A stretch of DNA of 64,000 nucleotides, taken from contig JAPLVR010000006.1 of assembly GCA_026397015.1 (NCBI GenBank), forward strand, positions 32,001 through 96,000, in the 5' to 3' direction. The stretch comes from Candidatus Iainarchaeum sp. (GTDB taxonomy: Archaea > Iainarchaeota > Iainarchaeia > Iainarchaeales > JAAZKV01). Below are positions 16,064 to 25,897 of the stretch, in pieces. A model generated the notes under the pieces. That model was given only the letters and a program-made list of their open reading frames with translations, did not search any database and was not told the origin of the DNA. Both the position numbers and the translations under genes were made by a program. Positions within the stretch are counted from its first letter, which is position 1. Every line of letters begins with the position of its first letter.

Positions 16064-16708
16064 TCATTCCCTGTCAAAATAAAATTTTTTCACCAATACA
16101 ACAACCAGTAGAATAAAAAGAAGCAGCGCAAAAAGCGCAGCCCAAAAATAAATCGTGCCCTTCAAAACGCTTCCAATCCACTGAAATCCGAAATAAACAA
16201 CATATGCGAAAATGAAATACCTTGCCGCCTTTCCTATCCAACAGCCGAGAAAAAATTTTTCGACAGGATACCTGATGAGCCCGGCAGAAATTCCTATCAC
16301 ATCGAATGGCACGGGAATAAAGGCGAGAAAAGCTATGACGGGCAAACCCCTGCCTGCAAGGTTTTCCTTCAATTCCTTGAGTTTCTGAACCTCGCTTTTC
16401 TTCATTTTTTCAAAACTGCTTATGCCGAACAAACCGACAAAATAACCTGACAATTCGCCTATTGCCGCGCCTGTGCCGTAAAGAATTCCGAGAAACCCGA
16501 CTGTTAAAATCCCCATGCCGAAATAATCGATGTTGCCGCCGATTATCAGGATAAACACCAAGTCGGTCGGCATCGGCAGAACAATCGAAGCATTTCCTAT
16601 TATTGCGGCAAGAAAAAGGCCGAGCGGCCCGATTTTCGCAAACGCAATCATAAGCGAAGTGAGCATCGGCTGGATTGAGGCCAAAAAACTCGGCGCAATT
16701 TCAATCAT
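16064..16708 (-). CDS. VTT/DedA (SNARE-associated-like) membrane protein
   Basis: GAAIGELSGYFVG, FIPVPFDVIGISAG, FFLGCWIGK..RY; start placed at MIEIAP to avoid overlap with aIF2b. Confidence 0.85.
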   Translation of the reverse strand: MIEIAPSFLASIQPMLTSLMIAFAKIGPLGLFLAAIIGNASIVLPMPTDLVFILIIGGNIDYFGMGILTVGFLGILYGTGAAIGELSGYFVGLFGISSFEKMKKSEVQKLKELKENLAGRGLPVIAFLAFIPVPFDVIGISAGLIRYPVEKFFLGCWIGKAARYFIFAYVVYFGFQWIGSVLKGTIYFWAALFALLLFILLVVVLVKKFYFDRE

Positions 16709-16762
16709 AAAATAAATACAGGACGCCGGTTTATATAGTTTTTGCTGTGCAAGTTTTCTTAC

Positions 16763-17170
16763 ATGGCAGAATACGAAAAAATGCTTGAAAACGCGTATGC
16801 AACTCTTCCAAAAAAAGCTTTGGAACACGAGAGGTTTGAAATTCCAAGGGTTGAATCCTTCATTCAGGGAAGCAAAACAATCGTTCCCGGCTTTAATGCG
16901 CTCATAAAAGAAATCAGGAGGGATGAGAAACATCTGTTGAAATATTTGACGAAAGAAACCGGAACAAGCATAACCAAGGGAAACAGCCAGCTTACAATAA
17001 ACGGAAAAGTCGGCGCAATACAGCTGAACAAGCTAATTCAAAATTATTTCAACCAGTTCGTGCTCTGCCCCGAGTGCAAAAAACCGGACACGAAGATTAT
17101 TGCGCAAAAAGAAACGAAAATGATGAAGTGCGAGGCGTGCGGAGCGATGCGCCCTGTAAAAGGAATCTGA
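16763..17170 (+). CDS. eif2b: Translation initiation factor 2 beta
   Basis: ERFEIP, KETGT, FVLCPECKKPDT, KCEACGA. Confidence 0.96.
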   Translation: MAEYEKMLENAYATLPKKALEHERFEIPRVESFIQGSKTIVPGFNALIKEIRRDEKHLLKYLTKETGTSITKGNSQLTINGKVGAIQLNKLIQNYFNQFVLCPECKKPDTKIIAQKETKMMKCEACGAMRPVKGI

Positions 17171-17218
17171 TTTTTTTTTGAAGACATCGAAAAAAATTAT
17201 TGCGAAGAGGGGGATTGT

Positions 17219-17509
17219 TTGATAGCAAAAATACACCAATTTGAGTTAAAAACGATTCTTGCGGTCTGCGACAAGGAGCATATCGGAAAAACTTTTGGGG
17301 ACGAAAAAATTTCAATAACAATTTCTGAAAAATTTTTTAAAGGAAAAAATGTTTCGGAATCGGAACTCGAAAAAATGCTCGAGGAAGCCGATAGCGCCAA
17401 CCTTTTCGGCAACAAATGCGTCGCGATAGCACAAAAAAAAGGTTTAATAAGCAAAGCTGGCTTGATTGTAATAGGCGGGATAAAGCACGCGCAAATTTAC
17501 AGAGTTTGA
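17219..17509 (+). CDS. DUF424 family protein
   Basis: LAVCDKEHIGK, FFKG, ANLFG..V..A, IGGIKHAQ. Confidence 0.85.
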   Translation: MIAKIHQFELKTILAVCDKEHIGKTFGDEKISITISEKFFKGKNVSESELEKMLEEADSANLFGNKCVAIAQKKGLISKAGLIVIGGIKHAQIYRV

Positions 17510-17534
17510 ATAATTTTTTTAAAACGGTGAATCA

Positions 17535-17924
17535 ATGGCGAACTTTAACAGTCAAAAAAGAAAAAATCTTCCCTTCAAAAACAAGGGCGGAAGTTTCAAC
17601 AGGCCGGCGTTCGCGACCGAAGCGGAAGAAAATGAGGCATACCAGAGGCTCAGGATTCCCAATAGGGATGAACTCGAACAATTCGGGCTGGTTACGCAAT
17701 TAATGGGCGGGAGCCAGATAAAGGCGATTTGCGAAGACGGAATCGAAAGAAACCTGAGAATTCCTGGAAAAATGAAAAAAAAATTCTGGATTCGTGAGAA
17801 CGACATTGTTATTGTAAAATTGTGGGATTTCCAGCCAATCAAAGGCGACATCATCTGGCGCTACATGGGCAGCCAGGTCGGCTGGCTCAAAAGAAACGGA
17901 CGATTGGGGAAGCTGCCTGTTTAA
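17535..17924 (+). CDS. eif1a: Translation initiation factor 1A
   Basis: RIPGKMKKKFWIRENDIVIV.LWDFQ..KGDIIWRY. Confidence 0.95.
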   Translation: MANFNSQKRKNLPFKNKGGSFNRPAFATEAEENEAYQRLRIPNRDELEQFGLVTQLMGGSQIKAICEDGIERNLRIPGKMKKKFWIRENDIVIVKLWDFQPIKGDIIWRYMGSQVGWLKRNGRLGKLPV

Positions 17925-17987
17925 ATTTTCGCATTTTATTTTACCCAACCTATTTCCTTAAAAAATCCAGCAAACAATTCTTTTTCT

Positions 17988-18773
17988 ATGAGGGAAATCG
18001 AAAATCCGAAAACAAGGGAAAGGGCGCCGAAAAAATTCGTCGAAACAATAATAAAGGATGATAACACAAGGCGCATATTCAACGACGTTTTTGACGGGGC
18101 GACAATCGCAACAGTGCACGAGCTCGCGAGAAAAGGGCACTTTACCGAGGTAGAATTTTTGGTTTCGGTTGGAAAAGAAGGAAACGTTTTCAGATGCAAG
18201 GGGGGAAACAATTACTACGCGCTCAAAATCTACAAAATCGAAACCTCCAACTTCAAGCACATGCAGGATTATATTGTTGGAGATGAGCGGTTCAAAAATG
18301 TCAGAAAGAGCAAGCTCGAAACCGTGATAGCGTGGACAAAAAAAGAGTTCAGGAATTTAAGTGAATTCACAAAAGCTGGAATAAGGGTGCCGACTCCGAT
18401 TGCGTTCAAAAGAAACTGCCTGGTGATGGAATTCATCGGCAAAGACGGGGAAGCTGCGCCGACCGCAAAAAATAAGCCGTTTGAGGAGCCGGAGAAACAA
18501 TACAAAATAATGTGCGAATACATGGCAAAAATGGTCGAGGCAAAAATTGTTCACGCCGATTTGAGCGAATACAACCTGCTGAATAACGGAGAGGAGTTGG
18601 TCATAATCGACTGCGGACAGGCGGTAAGCACCCTTCACCCGAAGGCGCAGGAATTTTTTGAAAGGGATGTTTTAAATCTCTCGAAGTGGTTTTCAAAACT
18701 CGGCGTTGAAACGAATTATGAAAAAATGTATTCCGAAATAAAAAAGAGAAAAACCAAAAAGGCTGAAAATTGA
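17988..18773 (+). CDS. rio1: Rio1 serine/threonine kinase
   Basis: GKEGNVF, LKIY, W..KEFRNL, LVMEFIG, VHADLSEYN, IIDCGQAV; canonical aIF1A-Rio1-KH order. Confidence 0.95.
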   Translation: MREIENPKTRERAPKKFVETIIKDDNTRRIFNDVFDGATIATVHELARKGHFTEVEFLVSVGKEGNVFRCKGGNNYYALKIYKIETSNFKHMQDYIVGDERFKNVRKSKLETVIAWTKKEFRNLSEFTKAGIRVPTPIAFKRNCLVMEFIGKDGEAAPTAKNKPFEEPEKQYKIMCEYMAKMVEAKIVHADLSEYNLLNNGEELVIIDCGQAVSTLHPKAQEFFERDVLNLSKWFSKLGVETNYEKMYSEIKKRKTKKAEN

Positions 18774-18915
18774 AAAAATTTTTCGAAAACGAAGGAACCC
18801 TTAAAACATTTTTAAACATTTGTAACCCCTTTTATATGGAGAGCAAGAGTTATTCTGGCCATTTGCCTTATTTGGATTTTATTTTTGAATCAAGTGAAAT
18901 GCAACAGGTGCTTTG

Positions 18916-19434
18916 ATGGAAGAAATCGTAAGAATCCCGCATAACAGAATCGGCGTGCTGATAGGCCCGAAAGGAGAAATCAAAAAAACCATTTCGCAAA
19001 AAACACAGACAACAATGGAAATTGATTCTGCAAGCGGGGAGGTCGCAATAACAGGCGACGGCGAAAATTTTTTCAAAGCAACAGACATAGTAAAAGCAAT
19101 CGGGCGCGGCTTTTCTCCGGCAAGGGCGTTCGCACTGCTGAAAGACGATTATCTGCTTAGGATAATCGAGATACCTGAATTTGTCGGAAAAAACGCATCA
19201 AAACAAAAGGCGAGAAGAGGCAGGGTAATTGGAAAAGGCGGGCTGGCCCGCACGCAAATCGAGAAAAAAACCCGTTCCCTTATTTCTGTTCAGGGAAAAA
19301 CAGTTGCAATAATTGCAAGAGACACGGACATCGAATTGGCGGAAGGCGCCGTTGAAATACTGCTGGAAGGCGCGAGGCACGAAACCGCCACAAAATTCAT
19401 TGACAGGGCGCAAAGGGAAAGATTCGAATTATAA
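18916..19434 (+). CDS. KH-domain RNA-processing protein (Dim2/Pno1)
   Basis: RIGVLIGPKG, AIGRGFSP, GRVIGKGG. Confidence 0.93.
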   Translation: MEEIVRIPHNRIGVLIGPKGEIKKTISQKTQTTMEIDSASGEVAITGDGENFFKATDIVKAIGRGFSPARAFALLKDDYLLRIIEIPEFVGKNASKQKARRGRVIGKGGLARTQIEKKTRSLISVQGKTVAIIARDTDIELAEGAVEILLEGARHETATKFIDRAQRERFEL

Positions 19435-19548
19435 AAAAACAAGTCATGATTAAAAACAAAAAAAGAGCGGAAACCCTGCAAGGCATGTAATAAAAAGTTT
19501 ATTGTGTTAAAACTATTGGACAAAAACAAAAAAATTGCTGGTGAGCGA

Positions 19549-21312
19549 ATGGCGGAAAAAGTCAAGGAAAAGGAAAAAGCCAAAAAGGAAGAAGAGAAAT
19601 CGGGGAAAGCGGAACTCTCCGACGAAGAAACGGACGCAAACAACGCTGTTTTGGTGAAAAACCTTGACAAGGAATTCAAGGAGCACAGCGTCGCGGAATT
19701 CTTTAAAAAAAATAAACAAATGCTCGGTCTCTACGGAAAGGTAAGGACGCTCACAATGGTAATCCATGAGTATGTTACAAACAGTTTGGATGCGTGTGAG
19801 GAGGCAAATATTCTGCCGGAAATAGACGTAAAGATTGACGAGCTCGGGCCGGAATATTATCAAGTAACTGTAACAGATAACGGGCCGGGAATTTCAAAAG
19901 AAAATGTAGGAAAAGCATTCGGAAAGCTTTTGGCGGGAACGAAATTTCACCGCCTTATACAGGCGAGGGGGCAGCAGGGAATCGGATGTTCAGGATGCAC
20001 GATGCTTTCACAGATGACAACAGGAAAGCCGTCAAAAATAATCACAGGACGAAAAGGGCAAAAAGCGATGTCGCTCGAAGTCTCCGTCGACCCGAAAGAC
20101 AACGAACCGAAAATATCAAATATGCAAGAACTTGGAAAAGATTTTCAGGGCACAGCCGTTCAGGCAAAATTCAAAAATATTGTTTACAGGGAATCGGAAC
20201 AGGGCCCGATGGAATACCTGAGAAGGACGGCAATAGCGAATCCGCACGCTCAAATTTCTTTTAGGGATCCGGCTGGAAAAAAAGTTGTATTCAAGAGGAC
20301 GGGAAAAGAAATTCCGAAACCGCCGCAGGAAATAAAGCCGCACCCAAAAGGCTCAACAATCGACGATCTGCTTTCACTTAGCAGGGTTTCAAAGGCGCGA
20401 ACCGTTTCAAGTTTCCTTTCAACCGATTTTGACAGGATGGGCGCAAAAGCCGCTGATGAAGTAAAAAAAAGGGTAAATTTCGACATGGCAAAGGACCCGA
20501 AAAAATTGGGCTGGGACGAAGCCGAAGAAATAATCAAGGCGTTTAAGGAAATTGATTTTATCGCACCGAGCACGGATGCTCTGCGACCGATCGGAGAAGA
20601 AAGGATAAAAAATTCCTTGCAAAGCATTGTCCAGCCGGAATTTTTGACTGTGCTTACGAGAAAACCCGCGGTTTATGCAGGGGGCTTTCCTTTCCAGATA
20701 GAAATCGGAATCGCTTACGGGGGGAACGCCGGAAGGGCGATGGGCGAGGAAAAGAAAATAGAAATAATGCGGTTTGCAAACAAATCGCCGCTTCTTTTCG
20801 ACCCGGGAAGCTGTGCGCTCACAAAAGCCGTTCAAACAGTTGACTGGAAAAGGTACGGAATAAAGGATGTGGAACAGGCGCCGCTCACTGTGCTGGTAAA
20901 TTTTATTTCCGTTCACATTCCGTACACGGGCGCGGGAAAGCAGGCGATTGCGGACGAAGAGGAAGTTCTTGAAGAAATCAGGCTGGCGCTGATGCAGACT
21001 GGAAGAAGGGCAGGCATTTACATTTCAAAGAGAAGAAGGGAACAGGAAAACCAGTTGAAAAGGGAATTATTTTACAAATACATACCTGAAATAGTCGAGG
21101 CACTTCACAAACTTACCGGGGAGAGCAAGGCGTCGATGCAAAAAAGACTTGAAAAAATAGTGCTTGAAAAACTAAAACTTGAGGACGTGGAAGAGGCGAA
21201 AAAATCAAAAGCGGAAAACAAGGCAATGAAAGAGCTTGACAGCGACAGCACATACATACAACAACCGAAAAAAGAAAATAAGAAAGAAAAAAATGCGAAG
21301 GGTGGGAAATAA
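19549..21312 (+). CDS. top6B: DNA topoisomerase VI subunit B
   Basis: [32 protein letters not shown]. Confidence 0.97.
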   Translation: MAEKVKEKEKAKKEEEKSGKAELSDEETDANNAVLVKNLDKEFKEHSVAEFFKKNKQMLGLYGKVRTLTMVIHEYVTNSLDACEEANILPEIDVKIDELGPEYYQVTVTDNGPGISKENVGKAFGKLLAGTKFHRLIQARGQQGIGCSGCTMLSQMTTGKPSKIITGRKGQKAMSLEVSVDPKDNEPKISNMQELGKDFQGTAVQAKFKNIVYRESEQGPMEYLRRTAIANPHAQISFRDPAGKKVVFKRTGKEIPKPPQEIKPHPKGSTIDDLLSLSRVSKARTVSSFLSTDFDRMGAKAADEVKKRVNFDMAKDPKKLGWDEAEEIIKAFKEIDFIAPSTDALRPIGEERIKNSLQSIVQPEFLTVLTRKPAVYAGGFPFQIEIGIAYGGNAGRAMGEEKKIEIMRFANKSPLLFDPGSCALTKAVQTVDWKRYGIKDVEQAPLTVLVNFISVHIPYTGAGKQAIADEEEVLEEIRLALMQTGRRAGIYISKRRREQENQLKRELFYKYIPEIVEALHKLTGESKASMQKRLEKIVLEKLKLEDVEEAKKSKAENKAMKELDSDSTYIQQPKKENKKEKNAKGGK

Positions 21313-22454
21313 TGGCCAGAAAAATACCGAAAGAAAAAATAAAGTCAAAAGAGGAAAAAATCGGGCCTAAAGAAATAGCTGAGCGCCTCAAAAAAATGTC
21401 CGAAGGAATAGTAAAAGAAATAAACGCGGAAAAGGACCCGACTTTTACCACAATACAAAGAGGAAAGGGAAATGTCGAATGGGACGAAAAAAAAGGCTAC
21501 CTTGGGTTGGGGGAAAAAACCGCAACAAGAAACTTCCTGAACATAGCGCACGCAAAAAAATTCATGCAAACAACCATTATCGCCGCAAAAACCCACGACT
21601 ACTTGAGGCACAACAAAACCGCTTCCATCCGTGAAATTTATTACGAATTAAAACACACCATTGAAGGCACAAAAGAAAACACCTTCGAGGGGCAGGACGA
21701 AAGTGACCCAATAATTGTAGACATAGAGCACAGCGTTGACACAATAAGGGAAAAGTTGAATCTCCACGCGAACCCGAAGGGAACACTCTATGGAGACATA
21801 ACTTTGAAAGACAAGATGCACCACAACGACAAGTTCAACGCATCAAAACTTGGAAGGGGCGGCTGGAGCATAATGTCGAGAGTTGAGCCTGAAGAAATAG
21901 AGCTCATTGACGCGGACGCGGATTACTGTCTGGTTGTTGAAACCGAAGCGATGTTTGAAAGACTGATAGAAGAAGGGTATCCCGCCGACAACAGATGCCT
22001 ACTAATAGGAACCGGGGGGCAGGCTGCAAGGGGAACAAGAAGGCTGGTTCACAGGGTTCACGAAGAACTGGAGATGCCAATTTACGTTTTCACTGATGGG
22101 GACCCGTACGGCTGGTATATTTATTCAGTAATAAAACAGGGCTCGATGGCGTTGGCTGCGCACTCCGAATTCCTTTCGGTGCCCGACGCAAAATACATCG
22201 GGATGACGCTTGATGACGTTGAAACTTACGATTTGAAAAATGTGACTGAAAGGATGAAAGACGCTGACATAAAAAGGGCGGAAGAAATGCTGGAATATCC
22301 GTGGTTCAAAAACGAGGGATGGCAGAGGCAACTCAAGAAAGCGCTCAGCATGAAAATCAGGATAGAGCAGCAGGCGCTCGCAAACAAAAGCCTTGACTTC
22401 GTTGCAACAAAATACCTCCCGGAAAAAATCAAAAAGAAGGATTTCTTGGAATAA
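21312..22454 (+). CDS. top6A: DNA topoisomerase VI subunit A
   Basis: REIYY, Q.ESD, VVETEAMF, TDGDPYG, RIEQQAL; TAATG coupling to top6B. Confidence 0.97.
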   Translation: MARKIPKEKIKSKEEKIGPKEIAERLKKMSEGIVKEINAEKDPTFTTIQRGKGNVEWDEKKGYLGLGEKTATRNFLNIAHAKKFMQTTIIAAKTHDYLRHNKTASIREIYYELKHTIEGTKENTFEGQDESDPIIVDIEHSVDTIREKLNLHANPKGTLYGDITLKDKMHHNDKFNASKLGRGGWSIMSRVEPEEIELIDADADYCLVVETEAMFERLIEEGYPADNRCLLIGTGGQAARGTRRLVHRVHEELEMPIYVFTDGDPYGWYIYSVIKQGSMALAAHSEFLSVPDAKYIGMTLDDVETYDLKNVTERMKDADIKRAEEMLEYPWFKNEGWQRQLKKALSMKIRIEQQALANKSLDFVATKYLPEKIKKKDFLE

Positions 22455-22488
22455 ATTCGGTTCGCCAATAACACGCGACAAAATTTTT

Positions 22489-23694
22489 TTATTCGCCGAG
22501 CAAAACCTTTTCTGCTTTTTCGGTTTCATCCGCCGCCAAAAGGTCAAATATTCTCCGTGTTTCAAAATTTTCGAGCTTTGCCTCTTCAACATGCTTCTCC
22601 AACATATCGACGCCGATTTCCAAAATACTTTTCTTCTTCAAATGCTCTTCCTTAAACGACCCGATTTTTTTTCCAAACTGCTCGGCTGAAAATTCCTTCG
22701 AAATTGAAAATACCGCCATGCCCGCCCCGTCGCCAAAATCAAACGAAACGTCGCTCTGCAAAAACCCCTTTGAAAGCGTTCCCATTAATTTAAAACGGAT
22801 GAGCGGCTTCATGCCTAAACTCTCACACAAAATCTTGGACACTTTTTCCTCGACAACTTTTTTCACCTCTTCGGGCTTCGCATCCTTGAAACTGATTTTC
22901 TCATAAAACAATTTCCTTTGCTCCGCAAAAGGAACGAACTCGATTTTTTTTGTTTTCGTGTCAAACAAAAAAACGCCCTTTTCTTTTTTCGCCTCTAACT
23001 TTTTCATCTGCGTAAAAATAGTCGAACCCGTTAAAAGAAACCTTTTGCCGCCGACATTTTGCTCGTCGTGCCAATGCAGGTGCCCGTCAACAATCAAATC
23101 AAAACCGCTCGGGAGATTGGAGAGGGAAAGCGACGCAATCGCCTCATCGCCGAACGGAAGAAATTCAATAAAAGACTGGTGCAGCAAAAGAATATTTACT
23201 GCGCCGCTCGCCGGTTTAGGGTCGAACTTTTCGAGCACCTGTTTCGCATTTCTCTCTGGAACCCCCCCGAGCCCCTGAATGGCAATCTTTTCTCCGAAAT
23301 TTTCCAAAATAATTTTTGCGCCGTGCAGTTGAATCATGCAGCCGGCGGACTCTAAAACTTCCAATGCGTTAACAAAATCTTTTCCCCTGAATTCATGGGT
23401 CCCATGAATTGCAATAAAGGGAATCCCCCTTAACCGAATTTTTTCGCGCGCCCCAAACCTTTCCCTTGTCATTTCGACTTCGTTTCCGCCATTTTCGGAA
23501 AAACATTCAAAAGCCCTCAACCAGACTTCCTGCTTCGGAACAGCATCATCAAACAGGTCGCCCGCGTGCAGAATCGCATTTACCTTCTTTTCCTTGAAAA
23601 TTCCAAGCGCCTCCTTGAAACGCGCAAATGATTCCTCATAAAGGTCTCCATCGCCGAAACCGAGGTGGGTGTCCGAGAAAATTCCCAAAAGCAT
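22489..23694 (-). CDS. Mre11/SbcD-like DNA repair nuclease
   Basis: SDTHLG, AGDLFD, IHGTHE, LLHQ, GHLH metallophosphoesterase motifs. Confidence 0.85.
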   Translation of the reverse strand: MLLGIFSDTHLGFGDGDLYEESFARFKEALGIFKEKKVNAILHAGDLFDDAVPKQEVWLRAFECFSENGGNEVEMTRERFGAREKIRLRGIPFIAIHGTHEFRGKDFVNALEVLESAGCMIQLHGAKIILENFGEKIAIQGLGGVPERNAKQVLEKFDPKPASGAVNILLLHQSFIEFLPFGDEAIASLSLSNLPSGFDLIVDGHLHWHDEQNVGGKRFLLTGSTIFTQMKKLEAKKEKGVFLFDTKTKKIEFVPFAEQRKLFYEKISFKDAKPEEVKKVVEEKVSKILCESLGMKPLIRFKLMGTLSKGFLQSDVSFDFGDGAGMAVFSISKEFSAEQFGKKIGSFKEEHLKKKSILEIGVDMLEKHVEEAKLENFETRRIFDLLAADETEKAEKVLLGE

Positions 23695-23761
23695 GAAGTA
23701 TCAACAATAGGAAAGAATTAAATTAGCTGTTTTTGTTGTGCGCCGGTGAACCAAAAAGACA

Positions 23762-24622
23762 TCAATCAAACGGTGTTTTTGAGGGATTGAAAAGCTGCGG
23801 CGCGAAAACCTTTGCGCCAAAAATTTTATTCAACTCATGAATTTTCTTCAAATCCGTTTCGGGAGTGAAAAACGCTGTTATCCTCCAGGCTTCGCATCTT
23901 CTCCTGCATTCATCAATTGAAACTTTTTTTAAATTTTCAAATGAATTCCATTCCGCTAATTTTTTTAATTCCGCGCCAGGAAAATTCTCGGGGCTTGCAA
24001 TAACAACTCTGCAGCCGCTGCGCATCAAAAGCCACGCAACCCTCAAATTTTCAGAATTTTTTTTCGAGGGAATGAACGCGACGCACCCCTGCGAGCCAAC
24101 CGGAAAACCGTTTGCGCCCTTTTCAACTTCGAAATAAAAAAATGCTTTTCCATTCCCTGAAATGCAGTGGCAAACTTTGTCGGGTTTTGAGAGGCTTACT
24201 TTGAGCCTTTTATTTTGAGAAAGAATTTTCGCACCCAAAAGATTTTCAATATCCTTTGAGCTGAAATCGTTTGAATAGCTTTTTCCTTTCACCGCAAAAG
24301 TTCCTTTCTCCAAAACCGACTTTGAAATTTCCGCGCCCTTTTCAGAGAGCCTGTCCAAATTGTTGAAAGGAACTTTTTGAGCCAGTGAAATCAGATAAAT
24401 GCCGAAACATTTTTTCAACGCGCCTAGAACCTTTTTCGGCTCGCCGGATGAAATTACATACCGCGCGCCAAAAAGTTCAATTGAATCAAAGGAAACTTTT
24501 TTTTCTTTGAGAGCCGCTTTAATATTTTCCCGCAATTTTTTTTCTATGAAGCGCCTGACGAAAAATGTTTTTAGCGAAACTTCTGGAGCGATTGTAACAA
24601 TGACGCAATTCGGCTCGAACAT
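23762..24622 (-). CDS. ThiI N-terminal (NFLD+THUMP) protein with a degenerate PP-loop remnant
   Basis: EVSLK..R..E.KL.ENI, FGI, TFAVK, E..LGA.I, KVSLSKPD, GFPVGSQG; SGGIDS absent. Confidence 0.82.
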   Translation of the reverse strand: MFEPNCVIVTIAPEVSLKTFFVRRFIEKKLRENIKAALKEKKVSFDSIELFGARYVISSGEPKKVLGALKKCFGIYLISLAQKVPFNNLDRLSEKGAEISKSVLEKGTFAVKGKSYSNDFSSKDIENLLGAKILSQNKRLKVSLSKPDKVCHCISGNGKAFFYFEVEKGANGFPVGSQGCVAFIPSKKNSENLRVAWLLMRSGCRVVIASPENFPGAELKKLAEWNSFENLKKVSIDECRRRCEAWRITAFFTPETDLKKIHELNKIFGAKVFAPQLFNPSKTPFD

Positions 24623-24690
24623 GACAAAAGATTCGGAAAAAGAGGTTTTTAAAGAAAACGCTCGACAAATTTTGACAATGCGATTCGAGA

Positions 24691-24831
24691 GCTTTCCTGA
24701 ACGAAGTGAAGGATGCTTTATCGAGCAACAGCGAAGATAATGCTTTTCGCCAACCTATAAAGGCATTTGCGAAGCAAGACCTATCGAGCATCAGCGAAGA
24801 TAGGGCTTTTCGCCAACCTTTAACAAAGGTT
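24691..24831 (+). repeat. Structured hairpin repeat (63-nt period x2 plus a related hairpin) immediately 5' of tRNA-Cys
   Basis: tatcgagcaacagcgaagataatgcttttcgccaacct (from 24719) vs tatcgagcatcagcgaagatagggcttttcgccaacct (from 24782); tcctgaacgaagtgaagga (24695-24713). Confidence 0.85.
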
Positions 24832-24902
24832 GCAGGGGTGGCAGACCGGTCATGCACTCGCCTGCAGAGCGAGTTAAGTGGGTTCAACTCCCGCCCCTTG
24901 CT
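24832..24902 (+). tRNA. tRNA-Cys(GCA), no intron, CCA not encoded
   Basis: Acceptor GCAGGGG/CCCTTGC, anticodon arm CTCGC-CTGCAGA-GCGAG, T arm GTGGG-TTCAACT-CCCGC, U discriminator, followed by a T-tract. Confidence 0.95.
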
Positions 24903-25012
24903 TTTTTTGTCCAAGCAAAGAAGCTTTATAAATATTTCAGAAGCATTCTATTTGAATTGGTGAGCTAAAGAAAGTAAGCAAAATCTGCTGTTTTTGAACA
25001 ATTAAAAGTGAT

Positions 25013-25795
25013 TTGAAGATGGGTTTGAGACCTGGAAAGTGTTACAGGAATACCGGCTTGAAGCAAAGAGCCTATACAAGGGTGGCACCCGGTGTGCCGA
25101 GAAAGAGCTATGTCAAGGCGGCGCCCGCGCTAAAAATAAGGCAATTCAATATGGGAAACCCGTTGGCAGCGTACGATACCGTCGCAGATTTGTATGTAAA
25201 AGAATATTTTGATTTGAGAGACAACGCAATTGAAAGCGCGAGAATCGCAATCAACAGAAAACTTGTAAAGGAGCTTGGAAAAGACGGCTTCTTCATGAAA
25301 ATAAGGGTTTACCCGAGCCACCTTCTCAGGGAAAACAAACAGGCACAAGGCGCAGGAGCAGACCGTGTCAGCCAGGGAATGAGTTTATCATTCGGCGTGC
25401 CAATCGGAAGAAGCGCGAGAGTGAAAAAAGGGCAGGTAATTTTCAGCGTTCTCCTGATAGATTCACAGAAAGAAATTGTGAAAAGCGCTTTGCTCAGGGC
25501 AAAGGCAAAATTTCCATGCAGCGTCGGCGTTACAATCCACAAAGACATAAAGAGCATAGGAACACTGCCGAAGAAAGCAGTTGAAGAAGTTATAATTGAA
25601 ACTAAAAAAGCCGAAGCGGGTCCTGCAGAAGGCGCGGCAGCAGCGACGGCTCCGGAAGCCGGTGCGGAGGCAGGAAAACCCGGCGCAGCAACTGGGAAGA
25701 CCGGCACAGCGACGGGAGCAGAAGCTGGAAAGAAAGAAGCGGCTGCCGCTGCCGGAAAAGCTCCTGCGAAAGAACCGGAAAAAAAAGGAAAATAG
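25013..25795 (+). CDS. rpl10e: Ribosomal protein uL16 (L10e) with Ala/Glu/Lys-rich C-terminal extension
   Basis: RPGKCYR, NAIESARIA, YPSHLLRENK, GAGADR.S.GM..FG.PIG. Confidence 0.96.
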   Translation: MKMGLRPGKCYRNTGLKQRAYTRVAPGVPRKSYVKAAPALKIRQFNMGNPLAAYDTVADLYVKEYFDLRDNAIESARIAINRKLVKELGKDGFFMKIRVYPSHLLRENKQAQGAGADRVSQGMSLSFGVPIGRSARVKKGQVIFSVLLIDSQKEIVKSALLRAKAKFPCSVGVTIHKDIKSIGTLPKKAVEEVIIETKKAEAGPAEGAAAATAPEAGAEAGKPGAATGKTGTATGAEAGKKEAAAAAGKAPAKEPEKKGK

Positions 25796-25897
25796 TTATT
25801 TCAGACTTTTTCAAATTCGAAAAATTAAAGATTTTTTATTTGCTTTTCAAACCTAGTAAATCTTTTTAATGAGAATAGGCTTCTCTTTATGGGCTGA

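Noticed and set aside
24691-24831. Mini CRISPR array
   Set aside because: Only two imperfect units, differences are compensatory within stems, and no cas genes.
24706-24963. ORFs 24706-24963(+) and 24519-24914(-) with repeated peptides
   Set aside because: They run across the tRNA and the 63-nt DNA repeat; the peptide repeat simply reflects the DNA repeat.
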